64,000 nt of DNA from Nitrospirota bacterium. GTDB lineage: Bacteria > Nitrospirota > UBA9217. The stretch covers positions 576,001 through 640,000 of the forward strand of contig CAVTRN010000002.1 in the NCBI GenBank assembly GCA_963737155.1, given 5' to 3'. The notes beneath the pieces are model-generated. The model saw only the letters and a list, made by a program, of their open reading frames with translations, made no database searches and was not told the origin of the DNA. Each line of letters opens with the position of its first letter. Position 1 is the stretch's first letter. Shown piece by piece: positions 1-10,243 of the stretch. The position numbers and the translations under genes are program-made.

Positions 1-1132
1 ATCCCTTGTCATTACGAACCAGTCTGCCGCGGGCTGCGATATAATGGACGCTTCCGTCAAGCCAGATAATGCGATACGACGACTCGTAAAGAATATCCTG
101 CTCAATAGTCCGAGCGAGCGCTGCCTTGATCTTCTCGCGATCTTCAGGATGTACCGCTTGGTAGAATTCTTCCGCAGCGCCGGTGAACGTCGTCGCATCG
201 ATCCCAAGCAGTTGACATGTCAAATCGTCGAAATAGTGCTTTTTTTGATCGATATCGAAGCGCCATACGCCCATATGTGCGGACTGCAATGCGAGGTCAA
301 GTCGTGACTGGTTCTCGCGCAGCGCTTCCTCCGCTTGCTTCCGTATACTGATGTTCGTGATCACGCCGATCAGGCCGAGTTCGTTGCCGTGAACGTCGTG
401 GAAGCGCTGGCCTGTAAGATGCCCCCAGAACTGGGTGCCGGACTTCTGCCAGAAGAGATGTTCGATGTCTACGGAAGAGATCTCGCTCGCCAGCAGGGCC
501 AGCATCTTCTGCCGGCCACTCGCCTGCTCCGATGGATGTACATGATCGAGGTATTCGCTTCCGACAATTTCCTCTATCGGACAGCCGAACATTTCGGCCA
601 TGTGCCTGTTAGCGTGGGCAATCCGACCGGACCTGTCTACCAGAAAGATCGCAACGTTCGCCGTGTCCATGATCTGCTGCATCATGGCTCCACGTTCGGT
701 GATCTCCTCTTCGGCCCGCTTGCGCTGACCGATTTCTACTATCAATGCCGCATTGACTTCCTTTATTTCTGTTGTTCGGTCCTCAACACGCTGTTCCAAT
801 TCTCGAAATGATAGAGACAGCGCTTCCTCGGCCTGTTTGCGCTTTATGACGATGAATGAAATCCACCACAGCACGAGTATTCCCACGGCGCGGTTGACAG
901 CGGCTCTTGCAAGATTCCCTCCGGGAGGAGAAAAAAAGTAACTAGCTATGATAAGCAGTGTAGCTAAGAACGTGAGCAGGGGGACATGGCTACGCTTCAA
1001 AGGAGGGGTGGCAACGAAGAAGGGTATAAAGTAGAGCAGCCAACTAGCATAACCAACAGGCGTTTGAACATCGAAGATCAGGATTACTATCGTTAGCGCG
1101 ATTGCAATCGTGAAATCTCTTTTTCTATTCAT
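1..1132 (-). CDS. Membrane-anchored multi-PAS sensor protein (probably a histidine kinase), N-terminal part; runs off the window edge
   Basis: Not in the ORF track. Manual translation from ATG at 1132 (GGAG RBS upstream) is open to position 1: MNRKRDFTIAIALTIVILIFDVQTPVG (TM helices), coiled coil ELEQRVEDRT, PAS (IFLVDRSGRIAHAN...HVHPSE), second PAS_3 (MGVWRFDI...VHPEDRE). Confidence 0.85.
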   Translation of the reverse strand, partial: MNRKRDFTIAIALTIVILIFDVQTPVGYASWLLYFIPFFVATPPLKRSHVPLLTFLATLLIIASYFFSPPGGNLARAAVNRAVGILVLWWISFIVIKRKQAEEALSLSFRELEQRVEDRTTEIKEVNAALIVEIGQRKRAEEEITERGAMMQQIMDTANVAIFLVDRSGRIAHANRHMAEMFGCPIEEIVGSEYLDHVHPSEQASGRQKMLALLASEISSVDIEHLFWQKSGTQFWGHLTGQRFHDVHGNELGLIGVITNISIRKQAEEALRENQSRLDLALQSAHMGVWRFDIDQKKHYFDDLTCQLLGIDATTFTGAAEEFYQAVHPEDREKIKAALARTIEQDILYESSYRIIWLDGSVHYIAARGRLVRNDKG

Positions 1133-1388
1133 TTGTGTGACTCCAGAGAAGTCAGCAACGCAACTTCATTGAAAAATAATACAACTATTAGTTACTTTAT
1201 GAAACATGTATGTCAAAGATATGATTTACATATAAATATCCCGAAAATAATAGCAGTTGAAACTTGCGCATTACACTAACTTTAAATAAAACTAATGACT
1301 AATTTATTCATTCTGAATGAGGGTTTGATAACAAGTTCCGAGACGGCTGCAACTTATTCAATAATAAAAAGCATGTATCATCCGCACT

Positions 1389-2024
1389 CTAGTCTTCAAT
1401 ATTATTCTTCGGTATCTTTTCAATCTTGGAGTCCGAATATCGCTTCATGAGCTTTGAGTGGCAAGCCGGGCATATGCCGTGCGTAAACTCAGTGCCTGTC
1501 AGCTCCGTGATATAGGTTTCGACCTTCTTCCAATACCCTTTATCGTCGCGGATCTTTTTACACCAAGCACATATGGGAAGCAGCCCCTGCAGGGTCTTTA
1601 TTTCCTTCAGGGTATTTTCAAGCCGAGTTAGCAGCTTCTGCCGTTCGATGGCATAGCGAATGACCCGGACTATATTTATGCTGTTGACATGACTTTTGAC
1701 GAGATAGTCCTGCGCGCCCTGTTGCATCGCTTCGAGGGCTACTGCTTCATCGTCCAGCCCCGTTAGAACGATAATTGGAGCGTCCGGACATGCAGAATGG
1801 ACCTTGGTGAACGTGTCCAGCCCCCAGCTATCGGGCAGCCCGAGGTCCGACAGGACAACATCGTACCTCATTCCTCCAAGGTGCTTGAGTGCGGACGAAA
1901 GTCTATTTGCCACCTCAACCTCGATATGCATGTTGTGGCCTGAGGTCAGGAACTTGCGCATGAGTACGGCATCATCGTCGTTGTCTTCGATCAGCAATAC
2001 CCATATATGGTCGTCAGAGTTCAT
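1389..2024 (-). CDS. Response regulator receiver protein with a Cys-rich C-terminal domain
   Basis: REC motifs LIEDNDDD, DLGLPDS, LTG, YLVK; C-terminal PICAWCKKIRD...THGICPAC. Confidence 0.9.
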   Translation of the reverse strand: MNSDDHIWVLLIEDNDDDAVLMRKFLTSGHNMHIEVEVANRLSSALKHLGGMRYDVVLSDLGLPDSWGLDTFTKVHSACPDAPIIVLTGLDDEAVALEAMQQGAQDYLVKSHVNSINIVRVIRYAIERQKLLTRLENTLKEIKTLQGLLPICAWCKKIRDDKGYWKKVETYITELTGTEFTHGICPACHSKLMKRYSDSKIEKIPKNNIED

Positions 2025-2247
2025 CGGCCCCCCGCTATAGTGCCTTGCTAGTTTTTTTGCACCGATATATTATGGGATAATTTTAACGAATACAGTTTGA
2101 TAATTCAAGTGTTTCAGAGAATGGAAACTTGAATTGCTTCAGAAAATACAAATGATTATATTATGAAACAAATCATTACATATTTCAGCCGGATTTGTGG
2201 GGGGCTGATATGCTTTCAAAAAATGCATTTCGACAATCCAGAGGTTT

Positions 2248-2925
2248 TCACCAAATGAACGGTAACAAGCGATACTTCACCGTATGTTGATATTCTGGAT
2301 AGCCCGCAAGGTTTCTCAATAGGTATTTCTCCTCATCAAGTAGTCGCCATACGATCACAAGCGTAATCGGAATGATGGTAAATAAGCCCCACCACGAGCC
2401 AAGAGCAAGGGGCACTCCTGAAAGCATGACAAGGGCTCCGATGTACATCGGATGGCGTACGAGCGCGTATGGTCCAGTTGATATGACTATCTGTCCAGGA
2501 CTGACCTCAATAATTGCTGATGTATAAGTGTTTTTTTTGAACACGAAAAATATGATGATCAGACCGAGCGCGACGAGTATATCGCCTATTGCAACTGCAT
2601 ACAATGGTACCGTAGACCATTTGAAGCGATGATCAATTGCGGGGACCACAATCACCGTAAGAAACGCGATCGCTGCAAGAAATTGGATGATTTTTTGATT
2701 CTTCTCTTTCTCGGCGGCCGGACCCGAATTAATTCGCCGCTCCAAGAGCTTTGGATCTTTTCTCATAAGGTAGATGGTAATAGAGAATACCGACACGAAA
2801 AATATTGCCAGAAAAATCCATGCTTGCCAGTAATCAAGATTCCACGCCGGCAGGAAAAGTAAAGCGGCAAGAAGGACGAAAAGGCGCAGGAGTCCACTGA
2901 TTGCTTTTTTATTCAGTTCTATCAT
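2248..2925 (-). CDS. Isoprenylcysteine carboxylmethyltransferase (ICMT/Ste14) family membrane protein
   Basis: Multi-TM protein with GPYALVRHPMY and EEKYL motifs. Confidence 0.9.
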   Translation of the reverse strand: MIELNKKAISGLLRLFVLLAALLFLPAWNLDYWQAWIFLAIFFVSVFSITIYLMRKDPKLLERRINSGPAAEKEKNQKIIQFLAAIAFLTVIVVPAIDHRFKWSTVPLYAVAIGDILVALGLIIIFFVFKKNTYTSAIIEVSPGQIVISTGPYALVRHPMYIGALVMLSGVPLALGSWWGLFTIIPITLVIVWRLLDEEKYLLRNLAGYPEYQHTVKYRLLPFIW

Positions 2926-3111
2926 CCATTTATATTAACATTTTCTATTTTAAGAAGCATTCAATGTTAATTTCCATGATTTCCTTGACATAAAATCGGG
3001 GAGGAAGTAATCCGTTAACGGATGCACAATAACATATATAAGTGCCAGATTAATAATATGACGAAAAAACGAAACTCTCAAATTCATGGGTATTGGCCTT
3101 GATGACCGAAC

Positions 3112-3501
3112 TTAAAAAAAGAGCATCCCGTCGTATTCCAGAGCATAAATGATCAAATGTATTCCGCCGGCGATCTCTGTTCCATCGATCAGAATATCTT
3201 TTGTCAGATTCCTGTTCTTCGCCACCTGCTCGCATAACTGAAACTTGACCCCTGCCTCGAGGGCCTCCGCAAGGCGCTGTTCAAAGGTAGGGACACCGGG
3301 TGGCAGTATCCCTTCTTCCTTGATTATCTCTTTGACGACTGCATCCGCTCCATCCTGTACGCAATAGACTACGGTATCGCAGCCCGAATGCTGGGCAAGA
3401 GTGGCAAACATAAGCGCTGATTTCACTTTGCCTACATCACGAACCCCAGTAGATAGCTGCACTGCAAATTTTTTTCTTTCCTTTTTATCAGCCTTATCCA
3501 T
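3112..3501 (-). CDS. DsrE/DsrF-like family protein
   Basis: 129 aa, VYCVQDGADAV and GVKFQLCEQVAKNR with the conserved Cys; GGAGG RBS. Confidence 0.75.
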   Translation of the reverse strand: MDKADKKERKKFAVQLSTGVRDVGKVKSALMFATLAQHSGCDTVVYCVQDGADAVVKEIIKEEGILPPGVPTFEQRLAEALEAGVKFQLCEQVAKNRNLTKDILIDGTEIAGGIHLIIYALEYDGMLFF

Positions 3502-3756
3502 GACGCCTTCCTCCTTCTACCACGTACAGCTATCTACACGTACCGGTAGAATAAGGGCAAACAAAGAAAACCCCTCACTTCTAGATTTTATCCTCAATAT
3601 TCATGATACTACGGATGGTAAATTTTATCCAGCAGAGAGAATCTCTACGGACACACATGGTTTATTTGCGAGGCGGCGTTAATGAATTCAATAGGAGACT
3701 ATATGAGTTTATAAGAATAGCAACCGCAAAAGTTAACGGAACGATACAAACATGCG

Positions 3757-4422
3757 TTAAAGATCCTTAAATGTAACTGCTTCCCGAATTGACCTTCTGG
3801 GACTTCGAAACTTGTTTTGGGGATGTTCGGTATCCGCATACCCGAGCGCAATCCCTATTATGATCGATAGGTCATTCGGGATTTTCAATTCCTTCCTGAT
3901 CAGGTCAGGATGGGCAACAAGGGTTACAGCCGGGGCTGAATCAAGGCCGAAGTGACGCGCCGACAGCATGAGGCTTTGGGAAAAAAGGCCCAGGTCGAAG
4001 ATCGACCAGGGAGTAAGTGAGCGGTCCATGCAAATATATGCGACCACCGGGGCATTGAAGAAATGATAGTTCATGCCCGATAGGTCCTTCAGTACAGTTT
4101 TATCCAGACAGACCTTCTCAAGGGTCATCATGCGTTCGGCCCGTAAGTCCTCCATCCGCTTCTGAAGATCCGGCGGCCATTGCTTCGGTGCGGCTAGATC
4201 GGGGTTGCGCGCCACGCAGTTTTTTAGGTTCGCAATGTAGGCCTCGCGCAGCCTACTTAAGGCTTCGCCGCCGACTACGTAGATTTCCCACGGCTGGGTA
4301 TTGGCCCAAGAAGGCGCCTTGAGCGCCGCTTCTATGACCTTTTCGAGCGTGTTACGATCGATGGGGGAAGGTTTGAAAGCGCGGACAGTAAATCGTGTGT
4401 TTAAAGCATCAATGACATCCAT
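3757..4422 (-). CDS. Nitroreductase family protein
   Basis: RFTVRAF, APSWANTQPW, IALGY motifs. Confidence 0.92.
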   Translation of the reverse strand: MDVIDALNTRFTVRAFKPSPIDRNTLEKVIEAALKAPSWANTQPWEIYVVGGEALSRLREAYIANLKNCVARNPDLAAPKQWPPDLQKRMEDLRAERMMTLEKVCLDKTVLKDLSGMNYHFFNAPVVAYICMDRSLTPWSIFDLGLFSQSLMLSARHFGLDSAPAVTLVAHPDLIRKELKIPNDLSIIIGIALGYADTEHPQNKFRSPRRSIREAVTFKDL

Positions 4423-4497
4423 GAAAGAGCCCTCCTATTCCCGTATTTGCAGATGGATCGGATCAAGACTCTCATACACAAAATGCATTAAGATTGA

Positions 4498-5127
4498 CTA
4501 ACGTCCAATACTATCCACTATTTCTGCCGAACTTTTTACGATAGCTGCCTTCTCAAGATTTTTCAACGATCGATCATGGGCATCTTTGTCCATAGAAGAC
4601 ACGCAATCGGAAACAACCACTGGGTAGAATCCTCTATTTGAGGCATCACGGGCAGATGACTCGATTCCAGCCTCGGTTGCAATGCCCGTGAATATTAGCG
4701 TCGTTATATGTCTGTTTCGCATCATATTCTCGAAATTTGTTCCTATGAAAATGCTTGCCGTCGGTTTATCCAGAAGCAGATCTCCTTTCGCCGGTTTTAC
4801 GGCATCAGGTATCTCTCTTTCCCGTGAGCCTGGCGGCATGAAATTAGGCAGCTTGTCCACCTCCTTGACATTAAAGCGTCGCATCATATTGTAAATGCTC
4901 CAAGAAGACTGAAATTCCCTTGGTGCAGGGGTTATCAGGGTATATGCAACAGGTAATTTCTTTCTCAATATCTCCACAAAACGTTTCAAATTGTCTATGA
5001 ACTCTTCTTGATTGAATATTCGGTCTACAAGGCCATTTTGGACATCCCAGACAATGAGGCACGAATGACGGGGATCGACTATTTCTGTCAAGTCTTCATA
5101 TACGGTAATACCATTTGCATAAATCAT
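4498..5127 (-). CDS. Isochorismatase/cysteine hydrolase family protein (YecD-like, catalytic Cys absent)
   Basis: LIVWDVQN, K in LDKPTAS, GIATEAGIESSARDA; start moved to ATG 5127, which follows an AAAGGAG RBS. Confidence 0.85.
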   Translation of the reverse strand: MIYANGITVYEDLTEIVDPRHSCLIVWDVQNGLVDRIFNQEEFIDNLKRFVEILRKKLPVAYTLITPAPREFQSSWSIYNMMRRFNVKEVDKLPNFMPPGSREREIPDAVKPAKGDLLLDKPTASIFIGTNFENMMRNRHITTLIFTGIATEAGIESSARDASNRGFYPVVVSDCVSSMDKDAHDRSLKNLEKAAIVKSSAEIVDSIGR

Positions 5128-5192
5128 TACTGGCTCCTTTCTAAAAATAAATCTCATGACGTCATGGTGGTCTGCGATTATCAATGAGAACA

Positions 5193-5937
5193 TCAGCTCA
5201 ATCTTTTTCTTACTTTTTCCCAGCTTCGTGTGATGAGAAAGCTTTCTTCCATATTCTCTAGCATATGCATGAATTTGTTTATTGGCACCGCAAATGTAAG
5301 TGTTTCCTTGAGAACATATGGTCTGGCCAATACATCAAACATTCCGATTATAGCTCGAGGTCTGCCCGAAGCTTTTTCCAGGTAGGGATACTGAATAATT
5401 GAACCACATCCGGCGGAAAAGGGACAATACACGCCATTTGGTTCAGTTTCTCATAGTTTGCAAGAGTAAAGAGGCCGGAAAACACATCGGGATTCGCAAA
5501 AAAGACAACAACGTCCGGATTGTCTGATTCCTCATCATGTCGAACCTTTTGAAAACAATAGTACGTGCAGGAGCCACAAATTTCGCTTCTATCCTTACCA
5601 TCTCTCTGACGATCTCTGGCGTCTTCTTGTAACGCTCGCCTTCGAGCTTTTCGGGAATGTCACACGACAGGATATATTCGACTTGAGGGTTTATTTTGTC
5701 TGTAAACCCGGAATATCGCTTGCCCCCATGGCAGCCGATCGAGTCAGATTCAAAACGGAGCGACGCTCCGTTTCTTACTTTGGCTAATACGCCGATCATG
5801 GACGTATGGGCTGATGGGGCTGGCACGCGTTCAGCATCATCTGTCTGATCAGTGTGGTAAAAAGTCAGCGGAAGGTCAGCTGCGTTGAAATATCGGTACC
5901 ATAGTTCGATGAACTTTGTCGTCAATTCATTTTCCAT
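5193..5937 (-). pseudogene. DUF169 family protein split by two frameshifts
   Basis: N-terminal part (IGCHGGKRYSGF, EGERYKKTPE) continues in a second frame (DNPDVVVFFANPDVFSGLFTLANYE) and a third frame (TEPNGVYCPFSAGCGSIIQYPYLE...GMFDVLARP); ATG 5937 has a GGAGG RBS. Confidence 0.8.
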
Positions 5938-6021
5938 GACATCGACCTCCTTTTCGACGTCGTAACCAAGAAGTATGTGACGCAAGTGATGATATTTTAA
6001 GTGAAGTGATCGTGCTGCTCG

Positions 6022-6810
6022 CTATGCGCCGATGCCTTTCGAGGCAGGTACGCCGTCGGCTTTATCGAGAGACCATTCCGTTGCAGTGAGGCGCCTACCC
6101 GTGATTTTTCGTCCCTCCTCGGATGCAAGAAAGACAGCAACGGGAACGATGATCTCGGGCTTGAGCAGGCGCAAGCGGATATCGGCGGAAATGCCGGATG
6201 GGATCATGCCGGTTTCGGTAGCGCCGCCCGGAAGGATCTCGTTCACGGTTATGCCTGTGTCTTCCAGGTCCTGGGCCCAGATGATTGTCTCGGACTCAAG
6301 GGCTGCTTTCGACGGGCCGTAAGGCGAGAATCCTCTGCGTTTCATGGTCTCGTAGTTCATGGTCATATTGATAATCGTTCCGCTTTTTTGGCGCAGAAGG
6401 TGTGGTACCGTCGCGCGGGCCATGAAGAATGGACCGTTTATGTTCGTATCTATTACCATCTTCCATGTCTCGGGGTCTGTTTCCCAGAAGCGAGTCGGCG
6501 CGGACATGAAGGTAGGGGAAACGTATTTCATGCCCCGGCCGGCGTTGTTCACGAGCACGTCAATACGGCCGAATAGGGAGATTGTTTCGCTTATGACGCC
6601 TTCACAGTCGCGGTACTTGGTAACATCCGCCAGGAGAGCAAGAGCTTTGTTCTTTCCCCAGGAATCAACAAAGGAATCGATTTCCCTCCTTTCGCGCGCT
6701 GCGGTCACCACGACGCGGCAGCCCTCCTGCACGTATCCCTCGGCAATGGCCTTGCCGATGCCACGGCCACCGCCGGTTACTATCGCTACTTTCCCATCCA
6801 ATTTCCCCAT
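6022..6810 (-). CDS. SDR family NAD(P)-dependent oxidoreductase
   Basis: TGGGRGIG, NNAG, YGPSK catalytic motif. Confidence 0.93.
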   Translation of the reverse strand: MGKLDGKVAIVTGGGRGIGKAIAEGYVQEGCRVVVTAARERREIDSFVDSWGKNKALALLADVTKYRDCEGVISETISLFGRIDVLVNNAGRGMKYVSPTFMSAPTRFWETDPETWKMVIDTNINGPFFMARATVPHLLRQKSGTIINMTMNYETMKRRGFSPYGPSKAALESETIIWAQDLEDTGITVNEILPGGATETGMIPSGISADIRLRLLKPEIIVPVAVFLASEEGRKITGRRLTATEWSLDKADGVPASKGIGA

Positions 6811-6909
6811 AATCAGCCCTCATTTACTTTAACAAGATTATCGCTTTTTTCGCATACTCCATTCGTACAAAACTTGCAAAGAAATGATTCCCACATTGAC
6901 TACAAACGG

Positions 6910-7472
6910 ATCATGGACCGACCTTTTGGAAGATCAGAAGTGGTAAACATTCTCGCTGATGACAGCGGTTTCAGCGGCAGAATAGAGATTCCTATCCTCC
7001 TGTGATGATCCGGTTGATGATCCGGCCAGACGGGCAAGATCGGCGAAATAGATCGGGTGCATGGGTGCATCTTTCACGAAAGGCTGACGACTGGCCATCG
7101 CACGGACGTCTTCAGCAAGGACTGGTTTCAACGCCTGGGTCCTGGCATCATAGAGCTAGAGATCATATGCCATTGCGGCAACGATGTAGATATTGTGAAA
7201 GCTCATTGCCGGGGAGCGGCCCGCCTTCGCTGGTCTGGCCGATTTTCTCCAAAAGCCGCCCTCAGGAGATTTGAGAGTATTTGGGGAGTAAGCTTATCAC
7301 TGCTGAATGACGGCGAAGAATCAGTTCTTCAGCACCTGCATGAGCGGTCGCTCGCCTTCAGTTTATGGCTTCATCAGGACCATGGGTTTGACACCTCCGC
7401 AGCAGGGACTGCGGCGTAAAGGAGCTTGAGGGCTGCCAGTGATGCAATGATGGAATATGTGGTATGTTTCAT
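6910..7472 (-). pseudogene. Degraded SagB/ThcOx-like nitroreductase with a signal peptide
   Basis: Fragments across frames with internal stops: RPLMQVLKN*, SFSSDKLTPQILSNLLRAAFG, LYDARTQALKPVLAEDVR...QPFVKDAP, YSAAETAVISENVY; 3' end approximate. Confidence 0.7.
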
Positions 7473-8168
7473 GATTGCGCTCCCCGGATTTGTTGAAATC
7501 GAATATGTTGAGCGATGAATACCGATAAGCATCGGGATTAAATTGTGAACTTATTCGTTTGATTGTGCCATTTTACCTCAGGGTTAATGAAGGGGCAGGA
7601 ATTATTTAAAAAGATAGCGCTTCATCACGCATATGTCAAGCTTGATAATGATAAGGGTAGGCTTGGCAGATTTTGGGTTGAAAGATTATGAGTTACAACG
7701 AATGGAAATCTCAACTGCATCAGGAGGGTATGTTTGGCTAAAAACTTCAAAAGGAATTATTCACTTGATGGGCGATTCTTGTTATCAGGGCTTCGCTTGT
7801 CAGCGTGATAAAAATAAACGAAAAGGATGTAATCATCGTAATTATCGTAATAGTGGAATGCCTATTGCTAGTGCGATTAAAAAGGAATCCATTCATTAAG
7901 CGAAGTGTTGCGATTTCCTTTTTATTTGATTTTCACGGTGATAATGGGCATTGATTCGAGTGCACGAGATGCGTAGAGACCGACGGAATCATTTTGGAAA
8001 TTTAAAAAGATATAGACTGAATGTGATATTGTATGAATGGGGACGGGGAAAGACATCCTTGTACGAAAAGGGGATTTATCCACGGGAGAGAATAAACTGC
8101 AAGATTGGAGCTGCTGCTGATGCTGCATATAAAGCTTGGCAAGCCTTTAAAATGTTGATAGGTGATAT

Positions 8169-8825
8169 ATGGATGATAAAATGAGAATCATTGAACTTGG
8201 TTTTGTCAAGGCCTTCTTGGTTAGGGCAACGGATGGTTTTGTTTTAATCGATATTGTTTCAGTCTGCAGTGGGGAAAATTAGAAGTTGAATTAATATCTA
8301 CCGGTTGCCCCCCAGATAAATTAAAGCTCGTTGTTATAACACATGGAGACCTTGACCACACAGGAAATTGTGCTAAACTAAGGAAAAGTACAAAGTGAAA
8401 GTAGCCATGCAACAGGTTGATGCCTTTATGGTTGAGGAAGGCATTTTTTAAAGCGCAAAAATAAGAACGTTATTCGGTAAAATTATTATCTTATTTTCAA
8501 GGTTGTGGAATCGAAAGACGGGATTTAACAAATTTAAACCGGATATATTCTTAACAGGTGGGCAAAGTTTAGCAGGATATAGTCTTAATGCAAAAATTAT
8601 CCATCTACCCGGACACACAAAAGGTTCAATGAAATATGAGCCGAGGAGGGCGATTTATTTGCCGGGGATACACGGGTTAACACGAGAAAACCGGATATCG
8701 CCATATTTGTAGATGATTTTCAAGAACTTAACGATAGAATAAGTAAGTTGAAAAAAAGAATATTAAAATGGTTTATCCTGGTCGCGGTAAACCGGTTCTG
8801 TTAGAAAAACCAGCAGATGAATTAA
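8169..8825 (+). pseudogene. Frameshifted MBL-fold metallo-hydrolase
   Basis: MDDKMRIIELGFVKAFLVRATDGFVLID, then in other frames LVVITHGDLDHTGN (HxHxDH-like) and IIHLPGHTKGS; several frameshifts; end approximate. Confidence 0.75.
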
Positions 8826-8925
8826 AAAACAATTAATACTGACTAGACAAGATGGTTAGCGATTAATGGAAAGGAATGGGCAAAGGGCCGTTTTTGGATT
8901 AAAAATCAAATAAGGAGGTAACAGA

Positions 8926-9606
8926 ATGAAAAAGTTGTTTTTGGGGACAATCTTGTTGGCGCTGGCAATAGTTGTACCTATTTCCACAATGGCACAGGTA
9001 AATATAAATGTAGGTGTTGGTATTCCTCTGCCGCCTCCCATCGTATCTTCGGCACCCCCGGATGTAGTAGCGATGCCTGATACGAATGATGTATATGTCG
9101 CTCCTGATGTAAGTGCTGATTTGTTTTTCTGGAACGGTTGGTGGTGGCGTCCTTGGGAAGGTCGTTGGTATCGCTCACATTATTATGACCGAGGCTGGAG
9201 TTTTTATAATCAGGTTCCCAGTTTTTATTTCGATGTAAACCCGACTTGGAGAACATACTACAGAGACCATAATTGGGACGGACACCCATGGAACTACGAA
9301 AGGATTAATAACCAACGTCTTCAGCAGAACTGGAAAAGCTGGCATTCTAATCAATATTGGAGAAAGCAAGGAAACTGGGGTGTCAAAGGCTATCAGCCTC
9401 GACCACAACAGCAGAGGCAGGATCTACGAAGTCAAAGACAAAAGGAATATCAGCAGAGGCCTGAAGTTCAACGACACCAACAGGAGATGCAACAGAGACA
9501 GAAACAACCGAAACAACCGAAACAACCGAAACAACCGAAACAAGGACAACGCCATGGTCAGGCTCCTCAGAAAAAGCAACATGAGGGGGAATCAGAACAT
9601 AGATAG
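8926..9606 (+). CDS. Secreted Trp/Tyr-rich protein with a Gln/Pro-rich low-complexity tail
   Basis: AAGGAGG RBS, signal peptide, VNINVGVGIPLPPP, FFWNGWWWRPWEGRWYRS. Confidence 0.8.
   Translation: MKKLFLGTILLALAIVVPISTMAQVNINVGVGIPLPPPIVSSAPPDVVAMPDTNDVYVAPDVSADLFFWNGWWWRPWEGRWYRSHYYDRGWSFYNQVPSFYFDVNPTWRTYYRDHNWDGHPWNYERINNQRLQQNWKSWHSNQYWRKQGNWGVKGYQPRPQQQRQDLRSQRQKEYQQRPEVQRHQQEMQQRQKQPKQPKQPKQPKQGQRHGQAPQKKQHEGESEHR
9502..9543 (+). repeat. 9-bp tandem repeat (AAACAACCG) x4.7 encoding KQP repeats
   Basis: Direct reading of the sequence. Confidence 0.95.
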
Positions 9607-9802
9607 GAGCCAGACAGGACGAGAGTCATTTATGCTTAATAAGTGGATTATCGCGTCTCTAGGGTCTGTGTGTCCAGATTTTATAAGAAGGAATGGATAA
9701 TAATGCAAGGGAAAGAATCTACAGACTGCCTAAAACATTATGAGTTCAGCCAGAGATAGAAAGAAAAGAAGGACGCCCACTTATAAAATTGGTCGAAAAG
9801 CA

Positions 9803-9845
9803 CTCATGACGTGAAAATGTTGGTTCAAATCAGGCTCTGTCACCA
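9803..9845 (+). other. Strongly degenerate tRNA(Met)-like 3' half (possible att remnant)
   Basis: ctcatgac...gttggttcaaatc...tgtcacca resembles anticodon loop, T-loop and CCA end; stems pair poorly. Confidence 0.35.
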
Positions 9846-9849
9846 AATC

Positions 9850-9882
9850 AAGGACTTACGGTATTCCGTAAGTCCTTTTTTT
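9850..9882 (+). terminator. Rho-independent terminator
   Basis: Perfect 12-bp stem AAGGACTTACGG-tatt-CCGTAAGTCCTT followed by a T run. Confidence 0.85.
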
Positions 9883-10066
9883 CTTCTTAAAAAGAGGCAA
9901 CCTGTATGCGAAATGTAAACTGTCAGAAACACCTGCGAAGGCAGACTAATGCGAGTGTCATTTGGAAAAACTGTATGATTCAAGTTATTAAGTGTGTCGA
10001 TATTTAGCTTGGACAGGGTGGTTGACGTTCCTTGTCATGTAGTAGCAAAACTACGTAGAGGCAGTT

Positions 10067-10222
10067 ATGATCAAAGTCGGTCTAAGTGAAGCCATTATGC
10101 ACTTTTCCAAACATGTCAAAATGGTAAGGCAGGGGCTGGAGATCATCGTGACCGAGCGCGGCACTCCAATTGCTGTAATCAAACCGCTTAGGCGGAGGAG
10201 CACCATTTCACTTTCGGTGTGA
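10067..10222 (+). pseudogene. Truncated Phd/YefM-type antitoxin (orphan)
   Basis: MIKVGLSEAIMHFSKHVKMVRQGLEIIVTERGTPIAVIKPL matches the Phd N-terminal pattern; GAGG RBS; no toxin follows. Confidence 0.65.
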
Positions 10223-10243
10223 GCCGACTCTTCAGGATCAGGC

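Noticed and set aside
44-941. Plus-strand ORFs 44-307, 335-811 and 753-941
   Set aside because: Antisense shadows of the minus-strand PAS sensor gene
9920-9960. Hairpin CTGC-GAAG-GCAG as a c-di-GMP riboswitch
   Set aside because: Lacks the second stem and the conserved GEMM nucleotides
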